A program made the position numbers and the translations under genes. The notes beneath the pieces were generated by a model. That model saw nothing but the letters and a program-made list of their open reading frames with translations. It searched no databases and had not been told where the DNA came from. Shown here piece after piece: positions 39,028-48,696 of a stretch of 64,000 nucleotides of DNA (position 1 is the stretch's first letter; each line of letters begins with the position of its first letter). The stretch lies in assembly GCA_028286865.1 (NCBI GenBank), contig JAQBQU010000007.1, positions 5,888-69,887 of the forward strand. Reading direction: 5' to 3'. This stretch comes from Candidatus Kaiserbacteria bacterium. GTDB taxonomy: Bacteria > Patescibacteriota > Minisyncoccia > Phycocordibacterales > UBA2100.

Positions 39028-39501
39028 ATGCCCGAAAAAAATATCTCTTTGCGCTGGACCGCATACGAGCACGAGCATATCGAGCGCGGCTCGGATTGGT
39101 TCTGGGCGCTCGGCATCGTCGCGGTATCACTTGCGATCGTGAGCATTCTCTTCCACGATACGCTCTTTGCGCTCGTGGTCCTCGTGGGCGCATTCGCCCT
39201 CGGACTTCTCGCCAACACGCCGCCGGACATCGCACACTTCGAGCTCTCGGATAAGGGCATCCGCGTCAACGACCAGCTCCATCGCTACAGCGAGATCATC
39301 TCGTTCTGGGTGGAAGACGAGCACAACGAACATCGACCGCTCCTGCTCGTCGATACCACCAAGGTGATGGCTCCAAATCTCATCATTCCGATCGAGCACA
39401 TCGACCCGGCGGTAGTGCGCGCATACCTGCAGGAGCGAAGCGAAGAGGTCCATATGAAAGAACCCTTCGCCCACAAGATCCTCGAATTCTTCGGCCTCTA
39501 A
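39028..39501 (+). CDS. Conserved hypothetical membrane protein (2 TM plus PH-like domain)
   Basis: WTAYEHEH..RGSDWFW, two TMs, then soluble beta domain. Confidence 0.75.
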   Translation: MPEKNISLRWTAYEHEHIERGSDWFWALGIVAVSLAIVSILFHDTLFALVVLVGAFALGLLANTPPDIAHFELSDKGIRVNDQLHRYSEIISFWVEDEHNEHRPLLLVDTTKVMAPNLIIPIEHIDPAVVRAYLQERSEEVHMKEPFAHKILEFFGL

Positions 39502-39504
39502 AAA

Positions 39505-41880
39505 TTACTGAGTGATGGTGAACACATCGGGAGTGTACGCCTGCCCGTTATATACCGGACTCGACAGACTGCCCGTATACAGATCCGCTTCAATGCCATA
39601 CGTCCTGCCCGGAACGAGGTCGGTACCGCATACAGTGTCGGAAGTCACATCGCAGGTGTCGGTAGCGCCGGGCAATGTCCATGCATACGAGCCGCTTGCG
39701 GCCAGTTCAGCACTGATCAATCCGGTGACAGAGCCCAGGTGTACGTCATAAAGCCAGAGTGACATTTTTGAGCCGCTCGGAGTGCCGGTGGCGGTCCACT
39801 GGATCGTGTTGACTGCCCCACGCGCGATCGACTTACCGTCAGACGATGAGGTCACGGTCAGGCCCCCGCCGGTGCCGGCCCCCGCACCGCCGACAGTGAT
39901 CGTCGTCGTCGCATCACGAGTCCCGCCCCCGAGCGTGACGCAGTGGAGCAGGATGTCGGTCGTTTGTGTGACCGGCGAGGTCGTCGCCATACCGTTGACG
40001 CTCTTGTTCGCGGCATTCGCTGCCGTGAAGTCCGCTTGCTGCGGGCTCGATACCACGCAGGAGCTCATGCCGCTCGTTACCCAGCCCACGGTCGAGAGTG
40101 TACTGGTCGCAACTACTTTCGGATTGGCAAGAAGCACGATCGAGGGTTTCGATATCTGTACCGAGCATGATGCTTGGCCGGTGAGGTTCTGATTCGTGCA
40201 CGTGAGGCCGAACGTCGCGGTATTCGAACCGGCCGGAGGTGCCGCGATCACGGTCGTCGTCGAGCCGGAGGTGGCACCGAGTGTTGCAAATCCGCTGCCC
40301 GAGCTTCCGGTCGCATTCGTGCATCCGTACGAAAGTGAGACCGACATGCCCACATCAGCCACCTGCGGCTGGCACGAGAGCTGTGCGGTCGGAGTGACCG
40401 CGGTCGTTCCATCCGGTGCGCACTGCCATCCGGTGGTACACGCAGCGCCATTGGATTGATTCGTAGTGACGGGCTTGATCGTATAGCCGGCACCGCATCC
40501 CGTCGCAGGCTGCGGAGGTGCGGCGGCGCAGGTGTTGGACGTCGCACCCGGAGTACACGCCACCGGAGCGATAGGAGGCGTCGGCTGTGAGACCGGAACA
40601 TAGCCGTTCACTTGGTACTGATACTGCATCTGCTGCTGTTGATACTGGTACTGCTGCATCTGGTATTGATACTGCTGCAACTGCGACTGATATTGCTGCT
40701 GCTGCGCGGCGTAGGCGCTCGGATCCGAAGGGCACGCGGCGCCGGTTGCAGGAGTTCCCGCCCCCGTGAGGCCCTTGGCTAGCCCGCCAAGAAACCCTTG
40801 GAGCGCTTTTCCAATGTCACCAAGTCCGCCCCCGGTATTTGGTTTTTCCGGAGTTTGAGGTGCCGGAGTTCCGCCGCTCGGTGGCGTGAAGGTGGATTTC
40901 GGTATCTCTTTCCCGTTGGGATCTACGCAGGTTCCGCTCTTAGCGCACACGGATGCGACACCCGGCTGATCTCCTCCCGGATCAATGCCGCCTGGGTTTT
41001 GTGAAATGTCCTGTTTAATATTCGCGGCAAAATCTGTCTTTTGTTTTTCGAGCGCAGCAAGTTGTTGTTGTTGTTTTTCAAGATCCTGCTGAGCCGCCCG
41101 CGTTTCATTGATGCGACTGGAATCGTCCGATGCTTGCAGTTCGTTCAACTTCGCTTGAGCAGAGTCCACCTGAGCCTTCTGCGCTGCTATTTGCGGATCA
41201 ATCTGGCTGGCAAACGCCTCATTAAGAGAAGCCTGGGTTTGAGCATCAGCCGCGCCGAGACTCACAGTGCCCTTTAGCAGGTCTGGACTGAGCGTTGATA
41301 CGGTCTGAGATTCAGTGGCCCACGTCTGAATGCTTTGGCCTCCAGTTTTATTTTGTACCGGACCGCACTTCCCTGCCGAATCACAGAACGTGGTCTTACA
41401 AACTCCCTCCTCTGAGTTGGTATCTCCCGGCGTAGACTGAATGTCACCCTGACCCTTGGCATTCATTGTCACTTTTGTCACCTCTCCGACACATTTATAA
41501 GATTCAGGGGCTGTGCGCGGATCAGTATTAGGACTTTTAGCTTTCACTGCATTGCCTAATGCCTCATCGTAGATCGCTGCGATACATTTATTATTTTCTG
41601 TCACGTTCGCCGTGAATGGCTGATTGAGTGCCGGCGGCTGACCATATGCAGCGGCAGCATCTTTCTTTGCTTTTGTACATTGAGCGGTCACCTCATTTGC
41701 ACTGGATCCGGCAGCTGCAGGGCGTGCGGTTGGTAGTGGTGTTGATGCTTGAGCAGATTGCGAACTCGGATTCGTATTCGGCAGAAGGATCTGGGTGAAA
41801 ACGAGAAGGATACTGAGAATGCCCACTAATGTGAGTGCGGCCACTATAGAAGAGCCGCGACTGAGTGAGCGCTTGAACAT
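39505..41880 (-). CDS. Large secreted/surface protein, Cys-paired, with coiled coil, Q/Y-rich tract and Ig-like C-terminus
   Basis: N-terminal TM/signal; ~790 aa; start at ATG 41880. Confidence 0.7.
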   Translation of the reverse strand: MFKRSLSRGSSIVAALTLVGILSILLVFTQILLPNTNPSSQSAQASTPLPTARPAAAGSSANEVTAQCTKAKKDAAAAYGQPPALNQPFTANVTENNKCIAAIYDEALGNAVKAKSPNTDPRTAPESYKCVGEVTKVTMNAKGQGDIQSTPGDTNSEEGVCKTTFCDSAGKCGPVQNKTGGQSIQTWATESQTVSTLSPDLLKGTVSLGAADAQTQASLNEAFASQIDPQIAAQKAQVDSAQAKLNELQASDDSSRINETRAAQQDLEKQQQQLAALEKQKTDFAANIKQDISQNPGGIDPGGDQPGVASVCAKSGTCVDPNGKEIPKSTFTPPSGGTPAPQTPEKPNTGGGLGDIGKALQGFLGGLAKGLTGAGTPATGAACPSDPSAYAAQQQQYQSQLQQYQYQMQQYQYQQQQMQYQYQVNGYVPVSQPTPPIAPVACTPGATSNTCAAAPPQPATGCGAGYTIKPVTTNQSNGAACTTGWQCAPDGTTAVTPTAQLSCQPQVADVGMSVSLSYGCTNATGSSGSGFATLGATSGSTTTVIAAPPAGSNTATFGLTCTNQNLTGQASCSVQISKPSIVLLANPKVVATSTLSTVGWVTSGMSSCVVSSPQQADFTAANAANKSVNGMATTSPVTQTTDILLHCVTLGGGTRDATTTITVGGAGAGTGGGLTVTSSSDGKSIARGAVNTIQWTATGTPSGSKMSLWLYDVHLGSVTGLISAELAASGSYAWTLPGATDTCDVTSDTVCGTDLVPGRTYGIEADLYTGSLSSPVYNGQAYTPDVFTITQ

Positions 41881-42076
41881 GCCTGAATCATGCGCCCCAA
41901 TAGAGACATGCGCAATGCATAAATGGCGCCACATGTGGAAAAAAGCGAAATAAATGCTACATTTCTGGCAACGGTCCGATTGCCATGCTTTCGAGAACGT
42001 GAACGCTCCCGTAAGCAAAGCTTTCGGAAACGTCATTCGGGTGGAATGAAAGTAAACTTTCATCCCTCCCTCAATA

Positions 42077-42151
42077 GCTCCCGTCGTTCAACGGATAGGA
42101 TGCATCCTTGCGGAGGATGTGATGTAGGTTCGATTCCTGCCGGGAGCACCA
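42077..42151 (+). tRNA. tRNA-Arg(GCG), CCA encoded
   Basis: Cloverleaf; CATCC-TTGCGGA-GGATG anticodon arm. Confidence 0.93.
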
Positions 42152-42199
42152 AAGGCACAAACACCCACCCTTCGGTGGGTTTTGTGTTTTGGTGCTGGG

Positions 42200-42281
42200 C
42201 GCAGCGATGTTTTGCGAGTACGCAAAACCGCGAGCCGGGGTCGCGAGGCATTTGCGCGACGGCGCAAATGAACTTGTGACC
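42200..42281. repeat. Structured intergenic repeat, copy D (inverted relative to A,B,C,E)
   Basis: Reverse complement reads GGTCACAAGTT-CATTTGC-GCCGTCGC-GCAAATG-CCTCGCGACCCCGGCTCGCGG-TTTTGCGTACTCGCAAAA-CATCGCTGCG. Confidence 0.85.
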
Positions 42282-42308
42282 GCAAAAGCTCCCCCGTATT
42301 CGTGACCG

Positions 42309-42337
42309 CAAAAAGCCCCGATACGGGGCTTTTTGCA
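42309..42337. terminator. Terminator of the 44541-42364 gene
   Basis: GCAAAAAGCCCCG-ATA-CGGGGCTTTTTGC. Confidence 0.8.
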
Positions 42338-42363
42338 TGAGCAAGCTTATTTCGTCAGCGCTA

Positions 42364-44541
42364 TTACTGCGTTTCTACTTCGCAGATGGCCATTTGCAAG
42401 GGCGCCAACGTCTTGGTGGTACCGATCCATATATTGTTTGCACCTTTGGTCATCGTACATGAATTCGATACTGTCCCTGATTCGTCGTACGAGGTAAAAG
42501 TATACGAAGCACCAGCACTGGGCTTGATCCACAAACCCAACTCCGATTTAAAGGTTACGGATCGTGCGACAGTGTCATTATTGAGGACGAATATAAGCAG
42601 TTTCTTCACGCTCCCCGTCTGGAGTTGATAGGCCTTGATGAATACCTTTTGATATTCAAATGGTCCGAGATCGAAGATTGATCCTCCTATCCAGCTTGTC
42701 TTGGATGTCCTTATGAAAGGAGTGACCGGCTCAGAGAGCACCGATTCGCCGATAAATGTGCCGTTACTGAAGTAGTCATCAAACTCCTTGTGCAGCGATG
42801 AGAGTTGTTTAAGCGTCTTCGACATAACCGGATTTTCAGACACCAAGGCAGACCCGTTTGACTTATTGGGTTTTGACAGCATGACATTCATGTACAAGCC
42901 GTCGATGAAAGCCATTTTCGCGACGCGCGGGGAGCTCACGTCGGCGTTGATCCGGGGGTAGCGGACCGCGTTTAGGAATGGGCCGGCTTCGATGTAGTCA
43001 TTCCACGCCCATGTGTAATCGAGCACGGCCGCGGCCCGTTCGAGATTCATGACCGGCTCTCCGGAGATGGTCGCTTGAGCGTAGTTCGGTACGGGTTTCT
43101 TATTTCGCAGTTGTTGCATGGTCGATACAAGGCCGCCGCTCATGAAGCCTGCGTCTTGGAATTCATCCATGGTAAATGAAGGAGCGCCTTTGTTAGCCCA
43201 CGTGAGCATCGAGTTGATGATGGCGGTCCTGTTGGGAAATTGGTCCTCAAAGAGCACCGGTGACTGAGAGGTCGGGTACGTTTCGGAAATGATCAGCGGC
43301 GACCCCATGGCGGGTAGCAGCTCCGAGTGGTAGGTCCAGAATGTGGAAGCAGAAGTCGGATCATACGCATAGGGCGCAGCTGCTGATACGGGCGGCCTGG
43401 CTCCAGGAACCGGCGGAGGTGTCGCCGGCACGCAGGCCGACTCCGTGCACGGGGTACCAATGTCCAGGGAGAAGCTTGCAAAAGCTGAGACGTTGACGCC
43501 TATGCTGCGAGCTTTTTGTACTCCGGCAAGAAACTGGGCTTCCGTCCCGGCGCGTGGATCGAGCACGATCGGCAGGTGACCAACGATGTTCGAGCCAAAC
43601 AGTACGAGCTCATCGAGCCCGTTGGCTTTTGCGTCCTGGGCGATACGGCCAATATCGGAAAAAGTAAAATTAGGTTTGGGCGCCCATGATGATTCAAGGC
43701 CTTCCACCATCCAGACGGTTTGAAATCCGAGGCCATGTACCACATGCGAAGGCACCGGCGTCTGACGTCCTAATGCGCCCACCTGCATCTTGCGGACAAA
43801 CTGCGCAAATGGCTCGATACCCTTTGCCCAGCCGCCACGATGGAAGGTGAAAACAAAGTCATCGCTCTGCCACTTTTCTCCCGGCTTCAGTGTGATGTTG
43901 TTCTGCCATGCTATCCGTACTACATTTTGTCCGGCTGCGCGCGATACCACGAGCGGCGCATGCAGTATCGGCGAGCCATTGAACATATCTTCGTCTCCCC
44001 ATTTCTTTTGATAGATACTGATGCCGCCCTGGTATCCCCCGAAGTCGATCCACCGGAGGGCATACCGTTCGTAAATGTCGGTGCCGCCATACACTTGCGA
44101 AAACGGCGCCCCTGCAAACGGATTGATGACACCGAGTGCCGTACGAAGCTCTGTTTGATCACCTGAGATCGGTTGCATGCCCTGCAAGTCGGGAAAGTAG
44201 ACCGGCCCGATGTCGGATCCGCTCACGTTTTCCACCGATGCGTTAAGACACACAGACTTTCTATCAGCAGTGTCTGTAACACCAGTGTCGCAGGTCGACC
44301 AGGTGACCTTGAGTCCGTTGGGTTGTGAGTTCGAGTTTATTAGAAAGGACGAGTCCGGAGTGACCAACGAGTGTCCGAGCTCCTCGATCTGGCCGGTTGC
44401 ATCGTCGGCCTTGAAATAGAGGCCGTTGATATTTTCGGTAGCGGCCGAGGCGATCATCGGCACCGCGAGCTGAAGTATGGCCGCCAATAACAAGAGCCGA
44501 TACTGCGCTGCTGGTTTGCTGAGAAGAGTAGTGGGATTCAT
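42364..44541 (-). CDS. Secreted protein, possible glycoside-hydrolase-like (beta-sandwich plus barrel)
   Basis: Signal peptide; LKPGEKW, HRGGW, AKANGLDELVLFG, MDE, ISGE; architecture inferred, not searched. Confidence 0.55.
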   Translation of the reverse strand: MNPTTLLSKPAAQYRLLLLAAILQLAVPMIASAATENINGLYFKADDATGQIEELGHSLVTPDSSFLINSNSQPNGLKVTWSTCDTGVTDTADRKSVCLNASVENVSGSDIGPVYFPDLQGMQPISGDQTELRTALGVINPFAGAPFSQVYGGTDIYERYALRWIDFGGYQGGISIYQKKWGDEDMFNGSPILHAPLVVSRAAGQNVVRIAWQNNITLKPGEKWQSDDFVFTFHRGGWAKGIEPFAQFVRKMQVGALGRQTPVPSHVVHGLGFQTVWMVEGLESSWAPKPNFTFSDIGRIAQDAKANGLDELVLFGSNIVGHLPIVLDPRAGTEAQFLAGVQKARSIGVNVSAFASFSLDIGTPCTESACVPATPPPVPGARPPVSAAAPYAYDPTSASTFWTYHSELLPAMGSPLIISETYPTSQSPVLFEDQFPNRTAIINSMLTWANKGAPSFTMDEFQDAGFMSGGLVSTMQQLRNKKPVPNYAQATISGEPVMNLERAAAVLDYTWAWNDYIEAGPFLNAVRYPRINADVSSPRVAKMAFIDGLYMNVMLSKPNKSNGSALVSENPVMSKTLKQLSSLHKEFDDYFSNGTFIGESVLSEPVTPFIRTSKTSWIGGSIFDLGPFEYQKVFIKAYQLQTGSVKKLLIFVLNNDTVARSVTFKSELGLWIKPSAGASYTFTSYDESGTVSNSCTMTKGANNIWIGTTKTLAPLQMAICEVETQ

Positions 44542-44546
44542 AAGAA

Positions 44547-46355
44547 TTAATTACATGAGTTTGAGTTAATTGAGGCCGACAGTACGACACCCGGGATAAC
44601 CGTTTCAACTCCTACGGGTATGGGCGTCGTGCGGCGGAAGGCGAGGCGCAGCGCATCGCCTGTTTCCTGATCCAGCTGCAGCATCAGCTCCGATGCGGAG
44701 AAATTGCTGCCTTCTCCTGCGGCTTCAGTCAGATGCAACTGTTTTCCGGGGCACGTCTCGAAGTAAGCCCACTGCTTGGTCGCGTCTGGCGATCCATACG
44801 TGTTTCTAAGCGATATGCGCGTCCAGAGCGTTGACGCATAAAACGGCGTGCGATCCTCCTGCAGGGACGATACACGGAAGGGATATGAGACTGCTTGCGG
44901 TGTATGCAGCGATACTTCAGGCGACCATGTGCGAGACGAACTCGTAAATGTAAACTGTCGAATACCGGAAAGGTCGGGGAAGAGCATCTGATATAACGGG
45001 CCACCTGCGTTATTGATAACCCATGCCTTAAATAAAATCCCGTAGGGGTTCCCCGGAGCCTCCGTTATCTCTACTACGACTTTGATGTCAGCGCTTTTGA
45101 GGGACAGGTCATCACGATTGGGCTTGAGGCTATTCCACACCAATTTGAAACCGGGCAAACCATTGCTTGTCTCCTCCTGAATAAGCGTCAATGTGCTGAA
45201 CTGTGGCTCGAACTGTAGAGGAATAAATTCTTTGATGGGATATGAGAGCGTGAAGAGGCCTGCTTTATCTTTCGTGGAGTCGAGTATGACACCAAAATTC
45301 GGGTGTGTGATCCGAAGCAAGGCGCCTGTTTCGGTATCGACTGAGATCGTAAAGTTATTCAGCGTACGGGTATAGGTGGTGGTCGGGGTGACTGTGAGTG
45401 TCGCCGCGCACGTCGCCGTGCCGCCGGGACCTGTCACGGTATCAGTGCGGGTGTACGTGTCGGGTTGAAGATCCGTGAATGCGGGGTTTTGGATCAAGCC
45501 GCTCGTTGTGGTGCTGTACGGGCCAAATATCTGCTTGCCGGCAGAATTCGTCATGACAGAGGAAAGAGAGGTTGCGTTGGTTGATTGCCAACTTACCTTG
45601 AGCGGTTGGCCGTATTTGAGCGTAGTGGGAGCGTATTGCAAAGAACATGCCGGAGCAGTTTGATCAGTTTTCTGAACCGTAATCGTTGCTGCGCACGTCG
45701 CCGTGCCGCCGGGACCAGTCACGGTGTTGGTGCGGGTGTAGGTACCGGGTTGAAGATCCGTGAATGCGGGGTTTTGGATCAAGCCGCTTGTTGTCGTGCT
45801 ATAGGGACCAAATATCTGCTTGCCGGCAGAATTCGTGATGACATAGGAAAGAGAGGTTGCGTTGGTTGATTGCCAGCTTGCGGTGAGTGGTTGACCGTAT
45901 TTGAGCGTGGGCGTAGCGTACTGCAAAGAACATGCAGGAGTATTCTGGTCGGCTTGCTGCACCGTAATAGTCGCCGCGCACGTCGCCGTGCCGCCGGGAC
46001 CTGTCACGGTATCAGTGCGGGTGTACGTGTCGGGCGGAAGGTCAGTGAATGCGGGATATTGGATCAGGCCGCTCGTTGTGGTGCTGTACGGGCCAAATAT
46101 CTGCTTGCCGGCAGAATTCGTGATGACATAGGAAAGAGAGGTTGCGTTAGTTGATTGCCAGCTTGACGTTATCGATTGGCCATATTTGAGCGTGGAGGGA
46201 ACGAAGGTGATAGAGCAGGCGGGAGTTCCTGATTCACCCACCGCAGCGGTGGCTGCATGTGGATCGATATGCGCTCCCGCACCGGATAGGAATAGAACTA
46301 TGCTGGCGAGTATTGCTACGGTCGTTGCGCCAATCGCATGCAAAATATCTCCCAT
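44547..46355 (-). CDS. Secreted protein with three tandem 95-aa Ig-like repeats
   Basis: Signal peptide; repeated PACS...WQSTNATS...TVTGPGGTATCAAT. Confidence 0.8.
   Translation of the reverse strand: MGDILHAIGATTVAILASIVLFLSGAGAHIDPHAATAAVGESGTPACSITFVPSTLKYGQSITSSWQSTNATSLSYVITNSAGKQIFGPYSTTTSGLIQYPAFTDLPPDTYTRTDTVTGPGGTATCAATITVQQADQNTPACSLQYATPTLKYGQPLTASWQSTNATSLSYVITNSAGKQIFGPYSTTTSGLIQNPAFTDLQPGTYTRTNTVTGPGGTATCAATITVQKTDQTAPACSLQYAPTTLKYGQPLKVSWQSTNATSLSSVMTNSAGKQIFGPYSTTTSGLIQNPAFTDLQPDTYTRTDTVTGPGGTATCAATLTVTPTTTYTRTLNNFTISVDTETGALLRITHPNFGVILDSTKDKAGLFTLSYPIKEFIPLQFEPQFSTLTLIQEETSNGLPGFKLVWNSLKPNRDDLSLKSADIKVVVEITEAPGNPYGILFKAWVINNAGGPLYQMLFPDLSGIRQFTFTSSSRTWSPEVSLHTPQAVSYPFRVSSLQEDRTPFYASTLWTRISLRNTYGSPDATKQWAYFETCPGKQLHLTEAAGEGSNFSASELMLQLDQETGDALRLAFRRTTPIPVGVETVIPGVVLSASINSNSCN
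45390..46225. repeat. Intragenic tandem repeat, 3 x 285 bp
   Basis: GCGCACGTCGCCGTGCCGCCGGGACC at 45406, 45691 and 45976 (285-bp spacing). Confidence 0.92.
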
Positions 46356-46406
46356 AACCTATATTGAGTAACCATACCTCAGCACCGGGACTATTCATTG
46401 ATGCCC

Positions 46407-46415
46407 TGTGGATAA
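46407..46415 (-). promoter_or_regulatory. Consensus DnaA box
   Basis: TGTGGATAA, reverse complement TTATCCACA, intergenic. Confidence 0.45.
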
Positions 46416-46513
46416 AATAATTGAGGGTACCGTAATCACCATATGAATATGGCACACAAGCAGGGCACCAAAAACAAAAAGTCCCGTAAGGGGCCTTTTG
46501 ATTTAATCGATCT

Positions 46514-46780
46514 TTACTTAGTGAGCGCGTCTATCTGCTTGGAGATGCGGGACTTCATGCGAGCGGCAGTGTTCTTCTTGATGGTGCCGTTCTTCGCAGC
46601 CTTATCGATCGCCTGGAAGACACCCGGGAGAGCCGCCGATGCCTCTTTCGCAGACTTGCCCTTCACGAGCTTGCTCGTTTCCTTGACCGAATCTTTCATC
46701 GCCTTCTTGCGGCGCGCGTTGAAAACGCGGCGTCGAAGTGACACTCGATGAGCTTTCTTGGCGGAACTCGTATTTGCCAT
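46514..46780 (-). CDS. rpsT: 30S ribosomal protein S20
   Basis: MANTSSAKK...IDKAAKNGTIKKNTAARMKSR. Confidence 0.96.
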   Translation of the reverse strand: MANTSSAKKAHRVSLRRRVFNARRKKAMKDSVKETSKLVKGKSAKEASAALPGVFQAIDKAAKNGTIKKNTAARMKSRISKQIDALTK

Positions 46781-46855
46781 ATCGGCCGATGCTACACGAT
46801 TATGGCCTTAAGTGCAAGAAATCAGGGCTATTTCGCCAAGTGGTATGATTCGCGC

Positions 46856-47428
46856 ATGATCGGCTATATAGAAGGAACAGTAAAAGCTGCCCGCGAGGCA
46901 CACCTCATCGTACAGGCCGGGGCGATCGGGTACAAAGTAGGGGTACTCAAAGAAACGGTCCTTCGCACTCAGGTCGGCTCCCCTGTCTCGTTCTGGATAT
47001 ACACCGCGGTGCGCGAAGACGCGCTCGACCTCTATGGATTCGCCGACGAAGCGGAGCTTCGTTTCTTTGAACTCCTCCTCACCGTCTCCGGCATCGGACC
47101 GAAATCCGCACTCGGCATTCTTGATATTGCATCGGTCGAGACGCTCCGTAGCGCCATCTCGACGGCCAATGCGAGCTACCTCACCAACGTCTCCGGCATC
47201 GGAAAGAAGACCGCGGAAAAGATCGTGCTCGAACTCAAAGACAAGATGAAAGCCGGCGACAAGATGCAATCGGGGGTCCTGCGCGGCGACCAGGAAGCGC
47301 TCGAAGCGATGCGTGCACTCGGCTACACCGCGGCCGAAGCGCGCGATGCACTACGCGAGATCCCCCATGATATCGAATCCGGCAGCGACCGGCTGCGTGC
47401 CGCACTCAAGCTTGTCGGCAAAAAATAA
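46856..47428 (+). CDS. ruvA: Holliday junction DNA-binding protein RuvA
   Basis: MIGYIEG, VREDALDLYGF, VSGIGPKSA, GIGKKTAEKIVLELK. Confidence 0.96.
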   Translation: MIGYIEGTVKAAREAHLIVQAGAIGYKVGVLKETVLRTQVGSPVSFWIYTAVREDALDLYGFADEAELRFFELLLTVSGIGPKSALGILDIASVETLRSAISTANASYLTNVSGIGKKTAEKIVLELKDKMKAGDKMQSGVLRGDQEALEAMRALGYTAAEARDALREIPHDIESGSDRLRAALKLVGKK

Positions 47429-47429
47429 T

Positions 47430-48689
47430 ATGAGCGGTATCAAAAAAGCTATCCGCGCGATCGTCCCGGCTCCCCTTCTCTCCGCCTATCACTTCTTGCT
47501 CGCGTATATCGGCTCGGCGCTCTACGGTTTTCCGTCGAGAAAAATGATCGTCATCGGCGTCACCGGTACCGACGGCAAATCGTCGACCACGGAATATATC
47601 AATGCGATCTTCGAAGCGGCCGGTCACCACACCGCTGTCTCGAATTCCATACGGATCAAAGTGAATAACGAAACGGGAGTCGCGACCGGACGTTCAATGC
47701 CCGGGCGCTTCTTTATCCAGCGGTTCATGCGCCGAGCACTGCGCGCCGGCTGCACGGTCGCCATTATCGAGATGACATCCGAGGGCGTGCGCCAGCATCG
47801 GCACCGGGCGATAGCGCTCGACGCACTCGTGTTCACCAATCTCTCTCCGGAGCACATCGAATCCCACGGTTCGTTCGAGGCCTATGCCGACGCCAAATAT
47901 CAGATCGGGCAGGTACTCGCCCGCTCGCCCAAGCGCCCGCGTGCCATCATCGCGAATGCCGACGATGCACAAGGACCGCGCTATCTGGCACTTCCGGTCG
48001 AAAAGAAATACGGCTTTTCACTTTCGAACAATGCTCCGTATTCCACCGACACTCACGGCGGATACTTCACCTATGGCGAGCGGATAGACGTTGCGCTTCC
48101 GGGCGAGTTCTCGCTCAAGAACGCGCTCGCCGCTGCATGTGTCGCCTCTGCGTTTAATATCGATCGGGCAGCGATACGGGCAGGAGTCGCTGCCGTAAAG
48201 CATATTCCCGGCCGTCTCCAGGAGATCAAGGCGGGACAAGATTTCGCGGTCGTCGTCGACTACGCACTCACGCCGGACGCGCTTGAGGCACTCTATACAA
48301 CATACGGCACGCAAAAGAAGATCTGCGTCTTCGGCTCCGCCGGCGGCGGTCGCGACATATGGAAACGCCCCGTCCTCGGCAAAATTGCTGAGAAATACTG
48401 CGACTCCGTCATTCTCACCAATGACATCGCATACGATGAGGACCCCGCGAAGATCATCAACGATATCGCAGGCGGCATGAGCACCACCCCCGAGATCATC
48501 CCCGACCGTCGCGCGGCCATCCGACGCTCTCTTGAAATTGCGCGCACGAACAACGATCCGAACACCGTGGTGCTTATCTCGGGTATGGGCATCGACTCCG
48601 AGATCACTTCGGCAGAGGGAGCAAAAATATCCTGGAGCGATGTGGATGTGACACAGGAAGAACTCTCACGGCTCCTGAAGCGGGTATAA
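47430..48689 (+). CDS. murE: Mur ligase, MurE-like
   Basis: GVTGTDGKSST, EMTSEG, TNLSPEH, PGRL, DYA, FGSAGGGRD. Confidence 0.8.
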   Translation: MSGIKKAIRAIVPAPLLSAYHFLLAYIGSALYGFPSRKMIVIGVTGTDGKSSTTEYINAIFEAAGHHTAVSNSIRIKVNNETGVATGRSMPGRFFIQRFMRRALRAGCTVAIIEMTSEGVRQHRHRAIALDALVFTNLSPEHIESHGSFEAYADAKYQIGQVLARSPKRPRAIIANADDAQGPRYLALPVEKKYGFSLSNNAPYSTDTHGGYFTYGERIDVALPGEFSLKNALAAACVASAFNIDRAAIRAGVAAVKHIPGRLQEIKAGQDFAVVVDYALTPDALEALYTTYGTQKKICVFGSAGGGRDIWKRPVLGKIAEKYCDSVILTNDIAYDEDPAKIINDIAGGMSTTPEIIPDRRAAIRRSLEIARTNNDPNTVVLISGMGIDSEITSAEGAKISWSDVDVTQEELSRLLKRV

Positions 48690-48696
48690 TACGCGC

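Noticed and set aside
45390..46225. Near-identical repeats as a DGR template/variable pair or CRISPR
   Set aside because: In-frame 285-bp coding repeats; differences are not confined to adenines and no reverse transcriptase is in the window.
46407..46415. DnaA box as a replication origin
   Set aside because: Single box, no cluster or unwinding element, and no dnaA/dnaN nearby; the same applies to the box at 63217.
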